Source: Ionaspis alba (Eukaryota). From it: a DNA stretch of 64,000 nt. A program made the position numbers and the translations under genes. Below, piece after piece: positions 23,801-36,579 of this stretch (positions are counted from its first letter, which is position 1; each line of letters begins with the position of its first letter). The DNA lies in NCBI GenBank assembly GCA_964255285.1, contig CAXUUL010000001.1, positions 1 to 64,000 on the forward strand, given 5' to 3'. Below the pieces are notes generated by a model. That model was not told the DNA's origin. It ran no database searches and saw only the letters and a program-made list of their open reading frames with translations.

Positions 23801-24345
23801 GTAAGCGAAAAACGAAACAAGATACCACCAACACAGAGGTCCATGACACGGCTCAAAACGACGTTCAAGGCGGTCCGTCATCTACCGCTCAACTGTATAC
23901 AGATGGCCCATCAGACAAGGCCTTCGAAGGTCCTCAAGCGAAAAGATCCCGCTTCCGCCGCGCGCAAACCAAGTCGGAGCCTCCACCGCCTGGTCCCGAT
24001 GACAGCCAAAACGATGGGCCAAATGACTTACGTACCGCAAACGGGGGGTCATTTCGCCATGTTTCGGCGCCTGTTGTACCGCCAAGCGAGCCAGAGGGAC
24101 CACGTCGTAGATCTCAGCGTCGTCGTCAGCGCCACTGGCGGGAGAAGAATCGTAGCGTCTCGGGTACTTCGAGGAACACGAGTGGTACACAGTCGTCCGC
24201 TGTCTCAGGCGATGAGTGGGCGGACGATGTGCCGGATAGGAGGGGCTCGGTGGCGCCGACTACTTCGCCCGCTGGGGAGACGGTGGACAGTGGAGGACGG
24301 AAGGGTGAAGGAAGTGGGACAGTAAGGTTTGTTGATGGGTCGTGA
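20813..24345 (+). CDS. HMT1/ABCB6-like half-size ABC transporter with N-terminal TM extension and long disordered C-terminal tail
   Basis: TMD with LSSDFHDSKQSGE; Walker A GETGGGKST, VVPQD Q-loop, LSGGE signature, ILLDEATSSVD, VAHRLST; three introns, the second with an atypical donor (see findings). Confidence 0.88.
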
Positions 24346-25621
24346 TTAGGAACACGTGACGGTTCGAAGGGTTCATGACGAAATGGCAATCAGGACTGAG
24401 ATGCTTGACGTGGTACTTCATGAGCATAAATTGAGCTCCTAAGCATGGACAGGTTTATGAGGAGTAGAACTCTTGACGGTATTCTGGTAACGATTTATCG
24501 GATTATTGGGCAGATTGTTATCAGCTAGCATTGCTGGTTTGGCTCTTGGCGAACTTGATAGTAGCTACTAATTGCTCTAGCTTCTGCATGTAGCTTTCAT
24601 CATACGGGAATTGAAGTGAAGAGATGTAAAGTCAGCTCTCGACATGCTCGATGTAACTGGAATAGTGTCACAATGCTGCATGACAGGCCTGCACAATTAG
24701 ACAGAATTCATTGGTCTGAGGTGCTAACGGAGTAGCATCAAACAATTGACAGAACTGCTTATGCTCCCTCCAAGCGGCTGATTTTCTTGGTTGTAGTCTG
24801 CGATCGGCACATGAAGTTTGTGGGAGCAAATGCATCTTGTCTTGTGTAGCTCGACTCTTCAGCTAATCAGCCACGCGGGGCAGCTAAAACCGCTGCCTTA
24901 TGGGAGGCACGTGGTTCCCCGAGAGTCTGGAACGAGGTGATGAGGCGAGAGCGTATTCAACCGTGCTTATCATTCTGCAAATCGTATGGGAGTTATTTGC
25001 TCTGAAGCATACAAGGGTAATACAAGTACGGCATACTTGAGTCGACGGCATTCCCCGTCTCCTCTTGACACAAGACTGCAGACAATTAGCTACTGCTTTG
25101 ATGACCGTTACAACGCCATTACAGATCTACCATTGAGGAGTTCTACCACTGCTAGGCCGCAATCTAAGTCCTAGTCATCTCCATGCCCACCTCGAAATAT
25201 TCTCCGAGAGACGATAATATCGACTCCTCCATGAATTGCTCCCCACCTAAATCCGAGTGTATATCGGGCCTCCTGTCAGTGACGTCACAAACGAAAGAAA
25301 AGCTTCGGGTAGTGCGCTTGAGTCCAAATCAAGAGACAAATTTTTCAATTCCCATGGATTGATAAGCGTAAGCAAAGGAAGAGCCCATATGTGAGTCTCG
25401 TGGATAAGTGGGGCCATCATTACTAAAGCTCTTGCAAATATGGATAGCAGAGACGTCATAACATGGCGGGCTCAATCGCCGTATGGGACTGTATATATTT
25501 TGCCAAAGAGAAGCATATAAGTCGTTTTTCGAGACACGCAAGTGCATCTGCAAATATAGTTCAAGATACAATTTTCTATAACTATTTGATCTTGTGATAC
25601 CATCAATTCTACACAGTCAAA

Positions 25622-26732
25622 ATGGTCGACGCATATTCCTCGTCGCAGTCCAATGCACCGGTGCTCGTCACTGGCGCCTCGGGCTTCGTAGCAGCTCATG
25701 TACTGACCTCCTTCCTTGATCATGGCTACTATGTCCGTGGGACAGTCCGAAGTGAAGCGGCCGCCGAGAAGGTACGAAAATCCCATGGTGGCCACAAGAA
25801 CGCAAACAAGCTGTCGTTCGCTATCGTCGAGGACGTGGCTGCATCGGGTGCTTTCGATGAAGCAGTGAAGGGCGTCCAGGGTGTACGCACTTCCCGTCCC
25901 ATTCTACCAGGAGGTTGTGACTGACTGATCGGCTCAGGTTATCCACACTGCTTCGCCTTTCCAAATGTCCGTTGAGAACAACGAGCGAGATCTTCTCGAC
26001 CCCGCCATCAAAGGCACCACCGGTATACTCGCCTCTATAAAAGCTCACAACCCAGGTGTTCGTCGAGTGGTCATCACATCCTCTTTCGCCGCTATGCTCG
26101 ACTTGGAGAAAGGAAACTGGCCCGATCACACATACAAAGAAGCAGATTGGAATCCTGTCACTTACGAGACCGCCAAGTCCGCTGACGGAGGTACCGCATA
26201 CTGCGCAAGTAAAACGTTCGCTGAGCAGGCCGCATACGACTTTGTGGAGAAGGAAAAGCCCAACTTCACCGTTAGTACGATCTGCCCACCCATGGTTTAT
26301 GGACCTGTTGCGCACACTGTCACGAACTTGTCGAAGCTCAACACCTCAGCAGCTGACATCTATCGACTAATCAACGGGTCTGAAAAGGAGGTCCCTCCCA
26401 CTTCCTTCTATGCATTTGTGGATGTCAGGGATGTTGGCGAGGCACATCGTCTGGCGTATGAAAATCCCAGATCTGCTGGACAAAGATATCTCATTGCATC
26501 CGACAACTTTAGCTACCAGATGATCTGCGATATCATCCGGAAGGATTTCCCAGAGCTAAAGAGCAAGACACCAGAGGGCAAGCCAGGAAGTGGGTTGGGT
26601 GCCCAGGTTTATCATCTTGACAACTCGAGAGCGAAAAAGCAGTTGGGCATGTCTTTCATTCCCTTGGAGAAGACGATCAATGATACTGTGAACGAATTGT
26701 TGAGATTGGAGAAAGACATTGGAAAGGCGTAG
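25622..26732 (+). CDS. NAD(P)-dependent ketoreductase / extended SDR (GRE2/aldehyde reductase II-like), 2 exons
   Basis: VLVTGASGFVAAH Rossmann motif, VIHTASP, ITSSFAA, YCASK catalytic motif, FVDVRDV. Confidence 0.92.
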
Positions 26733-27279
26733 ATTTTAGCTTCGGTAATAGTTGGGCCCGAGGGTAGAAGAAAAATTTCGCTGCAGGGCCAAATATATCA
26801 CTACTGATTTTGAGCTTTTGCACATAAGAAAAGCCTTTCTGATCTGTGCAGATAGTGTATTCGTGATTCTAAATGTCATATTGAATTTTTTACTAAAACT
26901 TCCTTTGTTATATTCGTTGTGTCGTGGTGCTCATGTTCCATAAAACCCGACGTTCTGGTGTGGTAATTATTTTGGCCCGGCAGCGACTTTTTTTCCCACC
27001 CTGGGGCCCAGGTTATAGCCCGCGCGCTTAATCAATATGTTGCCCTGACAACACGGCGCCAAGTAAATACGTCCTGTGTTCGAATATCTTCAGCTTGACG
27101 AGTGATATTCTAGTCATCACCTCTGAGCGACCGTGAATCAGGACATCTTGGCTGTCGTTCTGTTTACGATTATCATCGACTTGAATTGCGAGCGCGACAC
27201 TGTTTGATACTAAGATAATTGAAATTGTTAGGTTGCTACATTGCCACCGCAAAGTCAACATTGGAGGAAGGCAGGCGCA

Positions 27280-30200
27280 ATGCCTGGAACGGTGTCAGAA
27301 GCTCCCACCGTTTCGCTATCTTGTAAGCTGCAGGCTCTCGAGCTTGCATATGATCTTGAGGACTAATCAAAAGCAACGAAGTTGCGAATAATTTCTGGGG
27401 CAAAGAGGATGCAGGTGTCGGACCTCTCCTCGAGCGCATGCACAACGCGAAAGTGACCTCTGAGGAACTCAAGTCCTTTTACAACAGTTCGTTTTCCCAT
27501 TTGAGCATGTTTTTCATAATCGCTGACTCGCTTCTCATAGCCCGCGCAGCGATTGAAGACGAATACGCCCGCAAGCTCCTCGCATTATGTCGCAAGCCCC
27601 TTGGGTCTTCCGAAGCAGGTACATTACGCGCATCGCTAGACGTCATGCGCGGCGAGGTCGAGTCAATGGGAAAGTCGCATCAGGCTAGCGCCGGACAGAT
27701 GAAAAGCGAGCTCGAAGAACCACTTGCAGCATTTGCAGGCGGCATGAAAGAGCGTCGGAAGATTGTGCAAGGTGGAATCGAGAAATTGTTGAAAATCAAA
27801 GTGCAACAGACGCAAGTCGTAAACAAGGTACGCCTGGACTTAGGAAGGCCTGGTGGTGTTCTGGAAGGTATGAAGGCTGATCATCATGCAGTCAAGAGAC
27901 CGGTATGAACAAGATTGTTTAAGAATCAAGGGATATCTGGCTCAGGGGCATATGGTCATGGGACAGGAGGAACGCAAGAACAAGAGCAAGCTGGAGAAGA
28001 CGCAAATCCAGATGGCATCGACTAGTAATGAGTACGAGGCTGCTGTCAAGGCATTGGAAGAGACTACGGGCAGGTGGAATCGAGATTGGAAGGCTGCTTG
28101 TGATGTTTGCGGCTCCCCATTACTCTCGACCGGACTGCTTTACTGATACAGCAATATAGAAATTCCAAGATTTAGAAGAAGAAAGATTGGACTTCACGAA
28201 GAGTAGCTTATGGACCTTTGCCAACATCGCGTCCACAGTTTGTGTCAGCGATGATGCTGTAGGTATACTGTTCCTATCACCAATGAGCAGTCGGCTTATG
28301 CTTTACAGTCTTGCGAGAAGATACGGCTTTCTCTGGAAAATTGCGAAGTCGAGAAGGATATCACCAATTTTATTCAAGAGAGAGGCACCGGTCAAGAAAT
28401 CCCAGATCCTCCCAAGTATATCAACTTCTGTCGAGGGGACATCAATGACTCTGCTTCTGAGGCATCTGATGACGATGCTTATTCAGTGGCTCAATTCCAG
28501 CGGACCATCAACCCTGCCTTCCGAAGCTCGTCGCCCCAGCCCTCGACCTACGAGTCTCACCATGATCCTCAATCTGAACTAGCCATGCGTATGGGAGCCC
28601 ATCAGGATCCGAACACACCTGCGAGCAGAGAGAACACCGTCACGCCACAGAAGGCATTGAACCAACCCCCACCGATGCTAGACTACCGCCGCCAAGGTCA
28701 AGGTCAAGCACCGGTCCAGTTGAATCAGCAGGGTGAGGTCGTAGTACCGCACAACGAGTATCCGACAGATGGCATGACGATGTTCTGCCGCACCGATGCT
28801 CCGCCTTCTGAACGAAGCTCTGTTCACAGTCCGGTCAGACCCTCCAGCCGTGACTCACAAAGCGATTACTCGAATCCAACCTCCTTCTCCAGCGTCGAGC
28901 CCGCAAGTGGCAAGGCCTCACCGACAAAGCATATGCCACCACCGAACGCTCAGCCATTCAGCCCTGCGAAGCAAGTCCAGAAGAAACGCAGCGGCTTCTT
29001 CAGCAATAGTCCCTTCCGCCGCAAGAGTAAGCACGAGAAAGATTCCAGCCGCCCTCTGTCTATGGCTCCGCCTGCGTCCCGTAATACCTGGGGAGCCTCA
29101 AACAATGGGAGCAGCAATCATAGCCCTACACGCCCTGGAACTTCAACTAGAGACTTCGCTCAGCACGCTCCTAGCCCTGAGCCAGTCGATCCTCGCGCCA
29201 ACTTTCAGCTCAACGTTGGTCCTAATGTCTTCGACGTCGCCTCTCCAGATACGAACCGCCACCGACCTTCCTCCGCGCTCGCTCCTGGTCCCCCAGCAGA
29301 TCAAGATCCTATCGCAGCGGCGCTCGCCGAGCTCAAGGGCGTCACCAAACAGTCATCCACCCGCGTATCCGCCGACCGCTACCACGGAATTGCGACTCCA
29401 GGTCCAGGCACGCCTGGTGCGCATAATAGTGCAGTGGCAGCCGCACAGCGTGGGACACCGCCGCCAGGCTACCATGACCAAAATGTGAGCAGGCTCGACG
29501 CTCCCAAGCCTGCGTTCACCAGTGCTCAGATGCAGCAGACGACGCGGAAATACGTGGGTCAAAACCAGGATATGTACGGCGGATCGAGGCCAGGCACGAG
29601 CGGTGGCATGCCAAGAGCGACCAGTCCGTTGCCGATGAGAAGCACAAGTCCCAGACCAGGCTTCAATGGACAGGCACCAGGCGGGTATGGTGGTAATAAT
29701 GGCAGGAACGCTAGTCCAAATCCTTACGCTAATGGTGCTGGTGCTGGACGACCTCGGCAAGGCCAACCTCAGTCTCAGGGCGGTAGTCCTGTCAAGCAAG
29801 GCTACGGTCACGGCAATGGTTCAATGGATCAATACTCCCGCCAAGCCTCGCCAAATGATATCCGTCGTGCTATATCGCCTCAGCCGCAGTTCGCGAGGCA
29901 TGAACGGCCAAGTAGCAGTGGTGGTATGGCGTTGCAGCTTTCGAATGGCGGTGGGCAGGTCGAGAGTGGGTATGGAGGAAGTCAGCGTGGAAAGGATGGT
30001 GCGGGTGGGCCAGGGCAGAGGCCGATGAGCTATTATGGTGGTGGGAGTGGAGGAAATGCTGGTGCAGATGCGGGAGCTAGGACCAGGAACAAGAGTGTAG
30101 CGGATGGGAGGCAATTCACGAGAGAGGGAAGGGCCATTTTGCATTTCGGTAAGTCGTCCATTTCCAGGAATTCACTGGTGGAAGTATGTCTCGCTAATCT

Positions 30201-30382
30201 CCGTGGATCCAGCGAGGGCGATGTACACGTATCAGGCTGCTATTCCGGAAGAGCTGTCGTTTGCTAAGGGAGACGTTCTTGCAGTCTTGAGACTGCAGGA
30301 TGATGGCTGGTGGGAGGCAGAGGTGACGGGAAAGAAGGGGAGACCAGGGCTAGTGCCCAGTAATTATCTGGTGGCTTGCTGA
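27280..30382 (+). CDS. HOF1: F-BAR/SH3 cytokinesis protein (Hof1/Cdc15/Imp2 family), 7 exons
   Basis: SFANNFWGKEDAGV, RAAIEDEYARKLL F-BAR region; Pro/Ser-rich linker; C-terminal SH3 ARAMYTYQAAIPEELSFAKGD...DDGWW...GLVPSNY. Confidence 0.92.
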
Positions 30383-30808
30383 TTGCAGGTTTGGGCTGTA
30401 AGTAAAGGATGCGAAATTGTTTTGATTACGTTGGATGGTCGACTCTGTCTTTGCATACTAGGATGTGGGTTTGTTGGTTATTCATGTCAGTCGACAATTT
30501 TGCGAGGTCTTGGACACCGGAAACATTCGCGTGACTTTGGGTGCCGATAGTTATTGGAGACTTGTAAATACATCAATCGATCGTGGAAGCCAATGTGCTC
30601 TTGTCGTCAATGCTCCGTTTCTTGCTATAGTATACGTGTTTTGGGCCGATGATGTGCCTCCGTGTCGCCTTTGAGCGTAACTCAACGGTGAGACGAGTGT
30701 TGGGAATACAAAAATGGGCTGTGGATTTCTCTGACTACCGTTGTCCAGCGCTTACGAGTAAGATCGGATGTCTAGCCCTAAGATTTCTAACCCGAATTCT
30801 CGCCTAGT

Positions 30809-31934
30809 TTAAACTCCTCAAGGATGGCCATCAGGTCCTAATTTAGCGTTGATAAAGGAGGTCTTCAATAGCTACTTCGCCACAATCTCCTCCTTACGCG
30901 GTTCCATTTCTTGAACATCCTCTGTTTAATATTGGCTCACGAATCATTGCTTGTACTCTTCAAGTATGGCTACTATAGATACTCATTGTTGACACTGCAG
31001 AGCCCGCCCACGAGGTAATCAGACCGAGGGCTGCTGAGGTAGAGCGTAAATCCACCAATTAACATGCCTGTGTCCTTGGCATATCCCTGACATCACACCA
31101 AAAACACGAAGCTTAGGGCACTCTATTGATTGTTATTCGAATAATGCTTCGAGGGATCCACCGTTAGCAGAGGGAAGACTTGCCTAGCTGTAAGTACTCT
31201 CCAACCTTGATCGCGGCGGCTTTACTGGCAGAATAGGAGCTCAATCCCGGAACGGTCGCGGAAGCAATAGCACTAGAGATGTTGATAATCGTTCCTTGCC
31301 ATTCGAAGTGTTTGATAAAGCGATAGCTCAACAAGCACGGGCCCTTAATAATTCACCTCCTGTTGCGCTATTAGCACATTGACGAGTAATTCTAATCGAC
31401 AACAAGCAGATGTGACCACCGAACTCACGAAGTCATTCCAGCAATGATTATTCAGTGTTCCAGCATTGTTGATCAGCACATCCACCTTCTTGAATTCCTG
31501 GCCAACAGCGTCGTACAGCGTTTCCACAGCCGGCTCAGAGGTCGCCTCTGTACAGTGACAAAGGACTTTGACATTGCTGTTGACCTGTTTGATTCGCTCT
31601 GCAGTGCCACGTAGAGCATAGTAGGCCTCAAGCAAATCATATAAACCCAATAGAGACAAGGCGTCAACACTGGGGACATCCGGCAGACATCTCTTCAACA
31701 TGTCAGTAATGACTAGCTTGCCGGGGTCTACTCTTTCCTAGTACTGAAGGGAAAGTTCAATCGTATCAGCGGACTTACTCCTCCAATCTTGCCCCCAGAT
31801 CCTGTAATCAAAACCACCTTTCCTGCTGCGCTCAAATGCGGCTTTGAAGGGTCAATAGCTGGGTAGACATCCCTATACATAGTCTTCGTGAGTTGGAAAG
31901 GTCTGGTAAAGGCGTCCGCATCAAAGTCGGCCAT
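30809..31934 (-). pseudogene. Decayed short-chain dehydrogenase/reductase gene
   Basis: Recognisable SDR pieces (GKVVLITGSGGKIG, VDVLINNAG, TIINISS, YSASK, EMEPRKEEIV) broken by in-frame stops (EVNY*GP, VAK*LLK, GHP*G), an apparent deletion after NNAG and a scrambled second exon. Confidence 0.82.
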
Positions 31935-33899
31935 TGTATGATGGACGACGTGCTCGTAGAACAGGACTCAGTACTTGATGCTCACGAGACGCAAATTCTC
32001 TGGTGGAAGACAGACGCCATGAATTATAAGGAAATATTGGTGCAAATCCTGCCGCACGAAGGAATAAGTTTCCAGGATTTCAAATCCTCACATAGAAAGT
32101 AGTCTCCAGGATTTCAAATCCTCTTTTGTAGTTCAACTGTGCACGCCACGTAGTTGCTTGCCTGACATCGTTTTGCATAATTTAGATATGCCGCTGGATA
32201 CATGGTACGCCTGACCAACATTCGAATCTTCAGACCGGTAAGTATATCAGACACTTCTCGAAGATTGCTCAAAATCCGCCCCCAGCGCCGAGGACACTGG
32301 GTGACGCAACGTGCCTTGTGCGATTGTATCAATCATAGAGTGCTGACATTGTAGGAATAGTCGAGGAATCATTGCTAACCTCTAGAGCTCCACGAACTCA
32401 GCTGCTGGACCTTCAATGCTCACACCGCCAATTGACATTATAATAGAAAGCCTGATTAGAGGAAGCTCCTATGTCCATAGCTTCGCGGATTCCCAGCGAA
32501 CTAAGACCTTCAAATTTGTAATGGTTGTACTAATAGACACGCGTCAACCAAGAGGCCGCGATGGAATACGACAATAGATCGTGCACTTCAACAAGCCCTG
32601 ACGACCTAGTATTGGAGTGGTAATGTTTGAGCCTAGAGCACAAGCCCTAAAGGAGCTTCTTCATTCGCATGATATGGGAAGAAAACGAGTTAAGGTAGCA
32701 CCGGTAAACGATCAAATATACTCCAGCACAACGCAAGGAGGCAAGACTGAATTTGCACAGATAGGACAGGCACCTAGTAGCTCGCAGTCCGTCAGAAGCT
32801 TTGAGTGTATTCCTTGCGCGACATTCAATTAGCCATCTGTATTCCACGTCATGAGAGACGCCTCGACAAAGGTAGCGACTATGAGCGAGCGTCATTACAT
32901 CTGTACATGGCGGTTTCGCCTTGAGGAACTGTGTTTTTCATACACGACTGATGCTCCGAAGATGTTCGTTCCATCAGATACGTCTACCACAGTGTGTATA
33001 GACTAATTCCGAACTTTGACTTCTCAAGCATCATCGGTCTGCCAATAGTGACTCCAGATAGCTTAGGAAAGACAGTGGGAGTCGGTCCCACAACACAATC
33101 AGTGATTTTTATCCTGATATCCTAAGGATCGCCTGTGTAAGAGATCGCGCACGCGCTCGAAAGCGAGTCACGAGTTCTGCTCCATAGACAGTAATGTTAT
33201 CGCACTCGACTGGTTCCAACATTGGCCATACTGCTCTGGCTTTAATTTATTGTCGTAATGTAACGAGATTCATTGGCGTAGCCTAGGTCACCGAGTCCTC
33301 CGTCGTGAACATGGATGATGAAATTGGGGAAAGCCCAATTTCAGGTATCTCAACCTGCAGGGAAACTGTCAGGACATGGCAGACTATATCACAGCATATC
33401 TTTGCAACATAGATGGTGTATCTCCATCACCCAAAGGAAGTTGGCATTTGCCACGGAGCACCATATCAATAAAAGTCACCTTGAAGAATACGCGGGCCAT
33501 GGGGGTTGCTATTTCCTTGACCAAAGGTTTGATCCATTGGTTTGTCTCAAGCAAGTCTCTTGTAAGAGGTCTGAGTGAGAATGACCGAACGACTGTGTGG
33601 ACTTTTCTTGATCACTAGGATGCTCAATACCATGATAATAGTTTCAAAGCTCCGCCGTCCCTCAGTCTTTCATGGTAAAATGTGTGGGTATTCGCAAATT
33701 TTGTTATTCAAAAATCCCAGTGAGATTAAGATCATCCCAATGTTCGTGGAGAGGATCCCTGGGCTCCGTTAAGGTCGCTGCTTACCCTTGTCGTTGCCTT
33801 GACTTACGGTAACGACAGACACCAATGACGTAATTTCTCTGGATTTGCCAAACGCACATATGATGCTTTGAATCAGTAAAACATATCTCATTCAATAGC

Positions 33900-36441
33900 A
33901 TGCATATCCTGGTAAGCCAGCCAAAACCTTTCATGGATTCGAGCTTACTTGGTTGTTCAGGTTGTGAACGATGATGGGCCGCCCTCAAATCAGTCATCGC
34001 CCTACATCCACTCCCTCGTCAAGACTCTGCAGGACGAAGGTCATGCCGTATCTGTCATCGTTCCTCATATCCAAAGATCTTGGATCGGCAAGGCACATTT
34101 CGTCGGAGAGGTGATCAAACCGACCTACTTCCGTCCTGGTACACTCCATCAAGATAATGGCACAACGCACGAGAGACCGCTCTCATCAGGAGCTGCCGAA
34201 GAGGAGTGGATTCTCATCAACGGTACACCTGCCACTTGTACACAATTAGGACTCTATCACTTCTTCCAGGATAAAGGGCCGGTAGATCTTGTTGTGTCCG
34301 GTCCTAACTATGGCCGGAATTCTACATCTCTTTTTAGTTTGTCCAGCGGAACGATTGGTGGAGCAATGGAGGCGGCTGTGTGTCACAGACGTGCCATTGC
34401 ACTTTCATATGCATTCTACTCTCGAGATCATATCCCAGAGATGGTTGCTGGAGCGTCAAGACTTTCTGTGAAACTTATCAAGCATCTCTATGATAATTGG
34501 GGTCAGGATGTTGATCTATATTCTATTAACGTCCCTCTCATCAAGGACGTTGAGCATCACAAGGTCATGTTCACCAATGCTTTGCAGAACTACTGGACTT
34601 CTGGTAGCTCCTTTCAAGAGGTTGAGCCCGATGAAAACGGGACCTTGCCGGAGAAACAGGAACAAGAGATTCGACATCAGACCCAGAGTATCACCACGAA
34701 TGGTGGTGACTCAAATTCAGCATCTAGAAACAGGCACAAGCATTTCAAGTGGGCACCTAAATTTGTGGATGTACACAAGAGTGTCGAGGAGAGCTCTCCT
34801 GGAAACGATGGCTGGGCACTCAATCAAGGTTATACTAGGTAAGCTTCACGAGCTCGACCATCTGCGTAAGAACTGGTTCTGACAGGAATTTAACAGCGTT
34901 ACACCTCTGAAGGCCAATTTTATGCACGCTTCTTCTCATGTTCAAGGCGAGCTAAAGTTGTAAGTCAGCCAAGACACATGTTATAGGCCATTGCTGTTGT
35001 ATATAGCTTCAATTCAAATTCATGTCTCGATCCAACCTTGACATCCTGACTCCATACTTTACCTAGGAAACAGACCTCCGTCACTGCAAGAGACGGGCAC
35101 ATCCACCTGCCACCTCACCACTTCTATGCCATTATCGATTACCAAGATCCTTACGTCCAACCTCTGATCTCCTCCGCCCTCCACAGCTACCTACCGAATG
35201 ACGCGTACACCCTCATTCCCACTCTTTCCTACCTCCCCCATCCCACTTCGCCCCTCCTCCAAATCTCTCAATACGAAACGCTCTCCTTCGACCACCTCCT
35301 CGCACACCCCAAAACCTCCTTCGCAAACGCCTATATAATCCGCAAAGCCCTCATCCGAAAGCACTACGTGGTACACACCATTTCCACGCACCTCACCAAG
35401 TTTCCCGCTAGCTCCCTCAAAAAGCACACCAAACCGACCCTAGCCTTCGAGCTCGACTACGCCGAATTCCTTGACGAAGCTCTACTCGAAGCCTACGAGC
35501 TCCACGAAAGCTTTGCCCGCAACGCTGTCAAAGTGCCTCGTGACCGCGAGTGGTGGATCCTGAAGCCAGGCATGAGCGATCGTGGGCAGGGTATCCGGCT
35601 CTTCAGCACGGAACACGAACTCCGAGCAATCTTCGAGAAATGGGAAGCCGAGAACCCAGAGTCGGAGTCGACCTCGGAAACCTCGTCCACGACGCCCTCA
35701 TCCTCAGAACTAACAATGCCATCAGCCAATGCAACAGAAAACTCAGGCCTCATCACCTTCCAGCTCCGGCACTTCATTGCTCAGCCATACATCCCGCCCC
35801 TGATCTTCTCTTCGCACGACGGGCACAAATTCCACGTCCGGACATACGTCCTGGCGGTCGGTAGTCTGCGTGTCTACGTCTACCGGGACATGCTCGCCCT
35901 CTTCGCCGCAGTGCCTTACTGCGCTCCAGGTACCTCCAGCACCGGCGACAAATGCACCACAGATAACGAAGAGCTGGACATGCGTCCCCACCTCACGAAT
36001 ACGTGTCTTCAAGACGGTACTCGCGAAGGTAGCGTTGTTCGTTTCTGGGACTTGCCATCCAAAGCCCCGGGCCTGAACCGCGGATGGCGGGAAACAGTGT
36101 GGGAAGGTATATGCGCCGCCACAGGCTCCCTCTTTGAAGCAGCGATCACGCAGCCGACGAATTTCCAGCCGCTGCCGAACGCTTTTGAGGTTTTCGGCAT
36201 GGATTGGTTGGTTGATGAGGAAGGGGAGGTGTGGTTGTTGGAGGTGAATGCGTTTCCGGATTTTGGGCAGACAGGCGGCGAGTTGATGGATGTGGTAAAG
36301 GGAGTGTGGGAGGGAGTGGTAAGAGTTGCTGTGAGAGGTTTCTTCAGAGTCGAGGGAGATGCGAAGGAGGACGCTGAAGGTGAAGAAGAGAGAATGAGCG
36401 GTATGAGGAAGGTCTTGGATGTTGATATGGGGCGAGGGTGA
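33900..36441 (+). CDS. PBY1: SurE-like nucleotidase fused to a tubulin-tyrosine-ligase-like ATP-grasp domain (Pby1-like), 4 exons
   Basis: 12-nt first exon MHIL then VVNDDG, GTPATC, VVSGPNYGRN, SGTIGGAME (SurE); WILKPGMSDRGQGIRLF, KFHVRTYVL, HLTNTCLQ, FEVFGMDWL, LLEVNAFPDF (TTL); intron 34960-35066 joins the two in frame. Confidence 0.88.
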
Positions 36442-36579
36442 TCTCGCTTACGGATTCGATTCAAAGGTCTTGGCATAAGTCTTGGAAGAAATCAAAAAAA
36501 TGTTGATTGTTATAAACATTATACTTCCGAAAAGATAGCTCAAACGACATCACGTTCACTTTCCCTACAGCATCCACAC

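Noticed and set aside
32580..33780. Short ORFs such as 33376-33618 as a gene or transposon relic
   Set aside because: No recognisable domain, terminal repeats or consistent splice model.
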